Shown: in pieces, positions 57,334 to 64,000 of the stretch | How the letters are laid out: the number at the start of each line of letters is the position of its first letter | Numbering within the stretch: position 1 is the first letter of the stretch | NCBI GenBank assembly: GCA_963758635.1 | Contig: CAVWWD010000007.1 | Span: 338,946-402,945 of the forward strand | Origin: an uncultured Candidatus Rokubacteria bacterium | GTDB lineage: Bacteria > Methylomirabilota > Methylomirabilia > Rokubacteriales > CSP1-6 | DNA length: 64,000 bases | Direction: 5' to 3' | Notes under the pieces: generated by a model | The model's database searches: none | What the model was told of the DNA's origin: nothing | The model's input: only the letters and a program-made list of their open reading frames with translations | Position numbers and translations under genes: made by a program

Positions 57334-58134
57334 GCTCCTCGTGCTCGTCGTGGGCCCAGAAGCGGAAGCGGCGCTTGACGATCATCGCGATGACCGCCAT
57401 CGTCACCCACACCGTGCCGAAGATCTTCGGCGTGAAGTGCAGGAGCTTGCTGGTGATGACCGGCGGCGCCTTGTCGGGCAGGTTCGCCGGATAGCCGAGC
57501 TTCTCGAACGGGACCGACGAGAGGTGCAGGACGGAGGTGCCGCCGACCTCGTCGAGGCCGTAGATGTGGGGGATGTAGTGCCGAGGCGCGCTCGCGATGC
57601 GCCGCCGCGCCTCCTTCACCATGTCGTCCCGGTCGCCGAACGTGATGGCGCCGGTCGGGCACACCTGCGCGCACGCCGGCTGCTTGCCCACCTGGATGCG
57701 ATCGGCGCAGAACGTGCACTTGTGGATGGCGGGCACGACCCGGTCGTAGTCGAACTTCGGCACGATGAACGGGCACGCCTGCATGCAGTACCGGCAGCCG
57801 ATGCAGCGCCACGAGTTGAAGACCACCGGCCCGTCGGGGGTCTTCGTGGAGCGCCGTGGTCGGGCACGCGGACGCGCACGCCGGATCGAGGCAATGCATG
57901 CACAGCAGGCGGCCGAACACCCAGTCGGGATGCCCGTTCGGGCCGGCCTCGACCCCCGTGAAGGTGATCACGGTGTAGTTGTTCGGGTCGAGATCGCGCG
58001 GGTTCTGGTAGCCCGGCGCCGGCGAAGAAGGTCGTGTCGTCGCCGGGGAGATCGTTCCACGCCTTGCACGCCACCATGCAGGCCCGGCACCCGATGCACC
58101 GGGTGTTGTCCTGGATCATCGCCTTCAGCGCCAT
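57320..58134 (-). CDS. formate dehydrogenase beta (4x[4Fe-4S] ferredoxin) subunit with a C-terminal TM helix, 2 frame disruptions (near 58010 and 57838)
   Basis: MALKAMIQDNTRCIGCRACMVACKAWN | YQNPRDLDPNNYTVITFTGVEAGPNGHPDWVFGRLLCMHCLDPACASACPTTALH | DGPVVFNSWRCIGCRYCMQACPF...CTFCADR...CAQVCPTGA is spread over three frames. Both junctions lie at G or C runs. Confidence 0.8.
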
Positions 58135-61100
58135 CAGGCGGCCCCCTTCCGGCGGACGTCGCACGAGGAACGCCTTGAACTCCGGGATCATCGTGTTGGC
58201 GTCGCCCACGTGCGGCGTGAGCACGTTGGCGCTGTCGCCCTTCGCGAGGCCGAGCCAGCCCCAGTGCCACGGCACGCCGACCTGGTGGATGATCCGCCCC
58301 GTCACCCAGAACGGCTCGAAGCGGTCGGTCACGAGGGCGTAGGCCTCGTACGCCCCTCGCGCGCTCTCCACGATGACCCGGTCGCCGTTGGCCACGCCCT
58401 TCACCCTCGCCAGGTCGCGTCCGATCTCCACGAAGGCGTCGGGCATGAGGCCCGACGAGCCACGGCATCTTCCGGCTCATCGCCCCGGTCTGCCAGTGCT
58501 CGGACACGCGATACGTCGTGGCCACGATCGGGAAGCGGTCCGGGCTCGCCGATGGCGTCCAGCCCGGGCGTGTTCCACACCTTGATCGACGGGGTCGTAC
58601 TGGACCGAGGACATCGGGTTCTTGATCGGGCTCTCCACGGGCTCGTAGTGCTCGGGGAAGGGGCCGTCGGCCAGGCCCGGCGCGAAGAGGTCGGCCCGCC
58701 CCGAGGTGGTCATGATGAACGGGGTCGATCGCCTCGCGGCGGGCCGCCGCCGTCCGGCACGTCGCCTTCCCACTTCTTGTCCGCCGCGTTCCAGCGGATG
58801 ACCCAGCGCCGCGGGTTGAACGGCTGGCCGGCGGGGGAGATCGACGCGCGGTTGTAGAGGATGCGGCGATTCGCCGGCCACGCCCACGCCCAGCCGGGAT
58901 AGAGCCCGATCTTGTTCGGCGCGTCCGTCGGGTCGCGGCGCGCCGCCATGTTGCCCTCGTCGGTGTACGAGCCGCAGTAGAGCCAGTTCCCGGACGCGGT
59001 GGAGCCGTCGTCGCGGAGCTGGGCGAAGGCCGGGACCTGGCCGCCCGCCTTGAAGGCCCGCCCGTCCGCCGCGGTCACGTCCTTCAGGAAGCGGCCGTTG
59101 ATCTCCTTGGCCACCGCGTGCACGTCGGCGTGCTCCGCGCCGTAGTCCCAGTGAGGTGCACGATGGGCTCGGGCCGCGCGCCGCCGCCGGCGTACGCCTT
59201 CTTCAGGGCTCGGGCCAGGCAGCGTCAGGATGTCGGTGTCGGGCAGGGACTTGCCCAGAGGCTTCGTGGCCGCGTACCGCCACTGCATCCAGCGCCCGCT
59301 GTTGACGATGCTGCCTTCCTTCTCGACGGCGCCGGCGGCGGGGAGCAGGAACACCTCGGTGCGGATGTCGGCGGGCTTCACGCCGGGCCGCTTCCAGTGG
59401 GCGTAGCTCTCGTTCTCGAAGAGGTCGGCGGCGACCATCCACTCGAGCTTGTCGAGCGCGACCCGCGCGAAGGTGGAGTTCGGCCCGCCCACCGCGGGGT
59501 TCTGGCCGAAGCAGAAGAGGCCCTTGATCTGCCCCGCGTTACATGGCCTCGAACAGCGCGATGTGCGAGTAGCCCGCGCCCTGGAAGCCGGCGCCGAGCT
59601 TCGGGAGGTAGTCGTAGGCGAAGCCGTTGGCCGCCGTCGCGTGATCGCCCCACCACGCCTTGAGCAGGCTCACCAGGTAGGCGGGCGTGTGCTTCCACCA
59701 GTTGGCCGCGCGCGCGTCGATGGCCACGGGGACGACGCGGCGGAGGTAGTCGTCCATCGTCCGGTCGGCCTGGACGGGCATCTTCATGTAGCCGGGCAGG
59801 CTGTCGAAGATGAGGCCCTGGTCGGTCGAGCCCTGCACGTTGGACTCGCCGCGCATGGCGTTGATCCCGCCGCCCGCGATCCCGAGGTTCCCCAGGAGGA
59901 GCTGGAGGATGGCGTAGGACCGGATGTTCTGGGTGCCGTGCGTGTGCTGGGCGGTGCCCATGGCGTAGAGCCACGTGCCGGCGCGGTCGGGGGCGAACGT
60001 GGAGGTGAAGTGGTCGCAGACCCTCGCGTACGTCTCGGGCGGCGTGCCGGTGATCGCGCACACCGCCTCCGTCGTGTAGCGGGAGAAGTGCTGGCGCAGG
60101 AGCTGGAGCACGCAGCGCGGATGGCGGAGCGTCGGGTCCTGCCGGGGGCGGCCCTGCGCGTCCACCTCGAAGGCCCACGTCGACTTGTCGTAGCGGCGGG
60201 CCACCTCGTCGTAGCCCGAGAACAGCCCGTCCTTGAACTGGAAGTCCTCCCGCACGAGGTAGGACGCCGTCGTGTACGCGCGCACGTACTCCCACTGCAC
60301 GCGGTCGTGGGTCAGCGCGTAGTTGATCATGCCGCCCACGAACGCGATGTCGGTGCCCGAGCGCATCTTGGCCCAGACGTCGGCGATGTGGGACGTGCGG
60401 TTGAAGCGGGGATCGACCTGGAGCACGATGGCGCCGCGCTCCTTGGTCTTCCGGATCCAGTTCATCGCGATCGGGTGGTTCTCGGCGGGGTTGCCGCCCA
60501 TGATCATCACCACGTCGGCGTTGATCATGTCCACCCAGTGGTTCGTCATCGCCCCGCGTCCGAGGGTGGCCGCCAGACTGGCGACCGTGGAGCTGTGTCA
60601 GATCCGGGCCTGGTGCTCCAGGTAGACGATGCCGAGCGCGCGCATCAGCTTGGCGAGGAGGTAGCACTCCTCGTTGTCGAGCGCGGCGCCGCCCAGCGAG
60701 GCGATCGCCTCGGTCCGGCTCACGACGGTGCCGCCCGCCTCGAGCTGGAAGGTGGCGTCGCGGGTCGCCTTCACCCGCTCGGCGATGCGCGACATCATCC
60801 AGTCCCAGGACTTCTCCTCCCACCGGTCGCTCCCGGGCGCGCGGTAGAGGGGGACCTTCAGCCGAAGCGGGTTGTTCGTGACCTGGGCGGCGGCGGCGCC
60901 CTTGCTGCAGAGGGTGCCCTCGTTGACGGGGTGGTGAGGATCCCCCTCGATGCTGAGGACCTTGCCGTCCTTGACCGACACCACCTGACCGCAGCCCACG
61001 CCGCAGAACGGGCAGACCGTCGTGGTCTCCTTGGCCCCCGCCGTCTTCGGGGCGGGGACGGACGCCGCCTCGGCGGGGTTCGGAACCCCGACGGCGCCAC

Positions 61101-61155
61101 CCAGAGCCCCGATCTTGCCGATCGAGCCGAGGAACTGCCGACGTGTGGGGGCCAT
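58134..61155 (-). CDS. Tat-exported selenocysteine-containing formate dehydrogenase alpha subunit (Mo/W-bisPGD), about 7 frame disruptions in the C-terminal two thirds
   Basis: MAPTRRQFLGSIG is the Tat motif. CPFCGVGCG is the N-terminal FeS site. EHQARI-TGA(60598-60600)-HSSTVASLAATLGRGAMTNHW continues in the same frame, which is the classical FdnG/FdhA Sec site. Later conserved blocks lie in ORFs 59539..60549, 58710..59492, 58477..58887, 57968..58525 and 57616..58446. Confidence 0.85.
60568..60586 (-). other. candidate SECIS hairpin
   Basis: The RNA GGUCGCC-AGUCU-GGCGGCC forms a 7-8 bp stem including one G-U pair. It starts 11 nt 3' of the in-frame UGA. Confidence 0.45.
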
Positions 61156-61166
61156 CAGAAACCTGC

Positions 61167-61448
61167 CTACTTGCCTCCCGGATACTCCTTCAGCCAGCCC
61201 GCGTCCACGTCCTTGGCCTTGCGCTTGTCCTTCTCCGCGAGCAGCCACTTGCCACGCTCGTTCAGGTCGTCGGCCTTGTACGTTTCCTTCTTCGGCATCG
61301 CCGATGCGTGGCAGTACTGGCAGTTCTGAGCGGGCATGCCCGCTGACTTCGCCTTCCCCACGAGCGGCGGGCTCGCCGCCGCGGGGAGCGTGGAGAGCGT
61401 CAGCACGGCACCCGCCACCATCGCGCTGATCATCGTCGTCCGGATCAT
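61167..61448 (-). CDS. small exported monoheme c-type cytochrome
   Basis: 93 aa with the signal peptide MIRTTMISAMVAGAVLTLSTLPAAA and a single CQYCH motif. It ends 11 nt upstream of the fdh alpha start. Confidence 0.65.
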   Translation of the reverse strand: MIRTTMISAMVAGAVLTLSTLPAAASPPLVGKAKSAGMPAQNCQYCHASAMPKKETYKADDLNERGKWLLAEKDKRKAKDVDAGWLKEYPGGK

Positions 61449-61520
61449 CGAGTGACCTCCTCGCCCGGGCCACCTCGGCCTCGGGCTTCTGTCGACAGGG
61501 TCATGGGGGCCCCGGGGTCA

Positions 61521-63766
61521 TTAGAAGCGGTACCCGAGCGTCACGGCCAGGATGTGGGCCGTGTAGTCCTTGATGTCGTTGCCGAGCCAGAGCGAGCTGA
61601 CGCCGGGGACGAACGGGTCCAGCTGGTCGGTCCTCCAGTTGCTCTTCTCGAACACCTCGAACGCGTAGGAGAGCGTGGCGTACCACTTCTTCCAGAAGTG
61701 GTACCGCACGGCGGCGTCGAGCCGGAACATGCTGTCCTCGGTCGCCGGCATGCGCTTGCCCTGGGCGGTCTGCTGCTGCGAGACGCTGCCGCTCGTCACC
61801 GCGCCGGGGTTTCGGGTGTGGAGCTCGCCGAGGGCGTACTCGTAGCGGGCGCCGAACAGGAAATCGAGGACGCCGGGGATCGCGATGGCGCGGAGCCCCA
61901 GGTGGAACGCGTGGATCCGGTCGGCGTTCACGGTGATCCAGTCGAAGTCGGGGAACATCGCGGGCGGACGTTTTCCACGGGCCGGCTGCGCGAGACCTGC
62001 TTCTGCATGATCGACTCGTAGTTGTAACCGGCGGTCACGGCGAGGCGTTCCGACGGCGCCCACGTGAGGTCGACGCCGGCCGTCCAGTTCTCGCCGCTCT
62101 GGAGCCCGAGCCTCGAGTTGTAGTAGTCGTCCATCCGGTAGCTGCCGGTGAGCGCGGCGGTCAGCCCGTCGAGGGGGGTGAACTCGAGCATCACGTCGAC
62201 GCGCTGGCGATCCCGGTCGGACTCGTCCAGCTTCCGCAGGAGCGGCGACTGTCCCTGGGAGATCTGCGCCTGCTCCAGCTCCTCGAGCACGATGTGGGAG
62301 AGGCGGGCCGTCGTGTCGTACTCGTCGATCCGCCGGAACGACGGCCGGTAGGTCAGGCGGGCGACCAGCCAGTCCCACGGGCGTGACGTCCACCGCGGCC
62401 CGGACGAAGTACTCGTCGCTCCGCTGGACCTCGCGCCGGTCGCTCCGGTCCAGCCGCTCCCACCCGCCCCCGAGCCCGGCGGCCACCAGCGACCCGAAGC
62501 GCCAGCGGGCGTCGCCGTCCACGTTGTGCCGCGTGTACGGGTAGCGGGGCACGTTGCCGGGCTCGGTCACGAGCGTGCGGTCGCTCGTGACCGAGCCCGG
62601 CAGGACGAACTCGTCGGTCATGTCGTTGAAGTCGAAGAGGCGGTACTTGAGCGTCAGGGCCAGGGGGGGAAGCGGGCGGCTCGTGACGTTCGCGTTGAAC
62701 GTCGTGACGCCGACCACCCCTTCCAGGCTCTTCTTGCGGAAGCACGAGCACGGGCGAGGCGAGCCCGGTGTTGATCGTGTGCGGCAGGAAGTCCTGGTCC
62801 TGGAAGCGCAGGCTGTAGGTGAAGTTCCCGGTGATGCGCGTGCGCCAAAACGGCAGCGAGACGCCGCCGGCGATGTTGAACGTGTGGGCGCTGTTGTCGG
62901 GGGCGAGCGAGGTGCGACCCTCGGTCGGGCCGCCGCCGTCACCGGCGCAGCCGAATGCCGGCGGGAGGCCGGCGGGCGAGGCGCTGAGGCCCGAGCACGG
63001 GTTCGCCGAGACCACCCCGTCCAGGTCGTTCGTGAACAAGGAGAAGCGCATACCCCATGGTGAGCTGCCACGTTTCCCGGCTGATGACGGCGCGCAGCCG
63101 GAGGTCGTGGACGGTCTGGTTGATCGGCTCGAGGATCTCGTAGAAGTTTCCGCCCGGCGACCCGAACGCCATGCCCAGGGGGCGATCGCCGGACTTGTAC
63201 GTCCGGTTGTACTCGGCGATGAGGTCGATGTCGGGGGTCGGCGTCAGCTTGAAGGAGATCTTCGCCTGGTCCCAGCGGGTGGCGACCTCGTCCAGCTCGG
63301 GCGCCGCGTTGTGCTTCTCCAGGGTCGGGCGGGGAGTGGGCAGGTCGAACACGCCGCGCGGCCCCTCGGTGGCGAGGAAGCGGGCGTTCGTCGAGAACGT
63401 GTGGGGAATCTGGTTCCACTCGAAGGACCCTTCCCAGAGACCGAGGCGCCCGGCGCCGAGCGAGTACTCCTGGTCCTTCTGCCCCCACTTCGAGCCGCCC
63501 AGCTCGAAGAAGAGCTGCTGGTCGATCGTGGACAGCCGGAGGTCCAGATGGTCGAGGAACGGCCGATTCGCGGGGAGATCCCGGTACTCCTCGAACTTCG
63601 CGCTCTCGCTCCTGGACGGCTCGCCGGGGAGGAGGCGGAAGCCGGCTTCGGCCTCGCCTTCCAGCACCCAGCTGCCGCCGAGGACGGTCTGCGCCGAGAC
63701 GACGCGGGGCATCGACAGCGCCGAGAGGAACACCAGGACGAGGCCCGCGCGTCTCATGGTCTTCAT
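61521..63766 (-). CDS. MtrB/PioB-family-like outer-membrane beta-barrel, about 4 frame disruptions
   Basis: ATG 63766 follows a GGAG. It has the signal peptide MKTMRRAGLVLVFLSALSMPRVVSA. ...SAKFEEYRDLP... is recalled as typical of decaheme-associated OM proteins. It is about 745 aa, ends ...AHILAVTLGYRF, and sits immediately 3' of a decaheme gene. The pieces lie in ORFs 62939..63772, 62353..63051, 61521..63488 and 61928..62290. Confidence 0.6.
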
Positions 63767-63776
63767 GGGCACGCTC

Positions 63777-64000
63777 CTATCGGGTGAAGGCGTGGCCCGA
63801 CGGATGGTTCGTCCCGTGAATGATCGCGTGGCAGCTCAGGCACGAGCGGCCCATCGTGAACTTCAGGTCACCGGTGGCGCGCCCGTAGGGGCTCGTGGGA
63901 TGCCGCGTCTCGACGTGGCACTGCTGGCACAGGCGAGGCGCGTTCAGCGTGAGCATCTTGGCGTGGTTGCTGCCGTGGGGGTTGTGGCAGTTGACGCAGC
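63777..64000 (-). CDS. DmsE/MtrA-family multiheme c-type cytochrome, C-terminal 74 aa (5' part beyond the right edge)
   Basis: Own translation: CVNCHNPHGSNHAKMLTLNAPRLCQQCHVETRHPTSPYGRATGDLKFTMGRSCLSCHAIIHGTNHPSGHAFTR-stop. It has three CXXCH motifs and the MtrA-like terminal CH..(I/V)HGSNHPSG motif. Confidence 0.7.
   Translation of the reverse strand, partial: CVNCHNPHGSNHAKMLTLNAPRLCQQCHVETRHPTSPYGRATGDLKFTMGRSCLSCHAIIHGTNHPSGHAFTR

Noticed and set aside
60598-60600. TGA splitting the FDH alpha subunit; possible truncation or pseudogene
   Set aside because: It sits at the canonical Sec position (…ARI-U-HSSTV…) and the downstream frame is unchanged, so I interpret it as selenocysteine. The later frame shifts in the same gene are a separate issue.

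Overview
By eye this is a high-GC (roughly 65-70%), gene-dense bacterial chromosomal segment. It carries about 60 protein genes or gene remnants and one tRNA-Gly(CCC). I saw no rRNA, no CRISPR array and no intact mobile element. The lineage is unknown; PEP-CTERM proteins, many family-5 and BMP-type SBPs and LLM fragments fit a soil or sediment metagenome bacterium, but that is inference only.

Layout:
(1) 1-25.5 kb holds core-like genes: a MetE-like protein, an acyl-CoA synthetase, the CCA-adding enzyme, a Phd/PIN TA pair, a yejABEF-type peptide importer, a MATE/HxlR pair, a TatA-Zn-finger fusion, LexA with a candidate operator, a GAF-HD-GYP protein, a fused CoA-transferase, a KaiC-like ATPase plus a wHTH protein, and two family-5 SBP paralogs (one gutted by an internal deletion) flanking a small PEP-CTERM protein.
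(2) tRNA-Gly at 25.58 kb is followed by a decayed integrase 3' end and about 20 kb of accessory-looking envelope genes. These comprise a 7-gene co-directional operon of lipoproteins, OM channels, MscS and a Gly/Gln-repeat secreted protein, then a DUF3313/glycine-zipper cluster, then DUF3604-PPIase-HupE. Short fragments of unrelated genes are interspersed (LLM monooxygenase, P460, BMP-type SBP, RND pump, ureidoglycolate lyase).
(3) 47-52 kb holds mixed genes plus a VapBC pair.
(4) 52.4-64 kb is one co-directional minus-strand gene string. In transcription order it encodes a DmsE/MtrA-like decaheme cytochrome (partial), an MtrB/PioB-like outer-membrane barrel, a monoheme cytochrome c, a Tat-exported selenocysteine formate dehydrogenase alpha and beta, an NrfD-type membrane subunit, a diheme cytochrome, two PilT ATPases and a cNMP-binding protein. 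This string is the most interesting candidate system.

Major caveat: I count at least 25 single-nucleotide frame disruptions plus one in-frame TAG, recognised because conserved protein sequence continues in another frame. About half fall in 57.3-63.8 kb, while several 1.8-2.3 kb genes elsewhere are intact. Many sit next to short G, C or A runs, so assembly indel error is as likely as real pseudogenisation. All homology calls come from my own recognition of motifs in the supplied translations; no searches were run.
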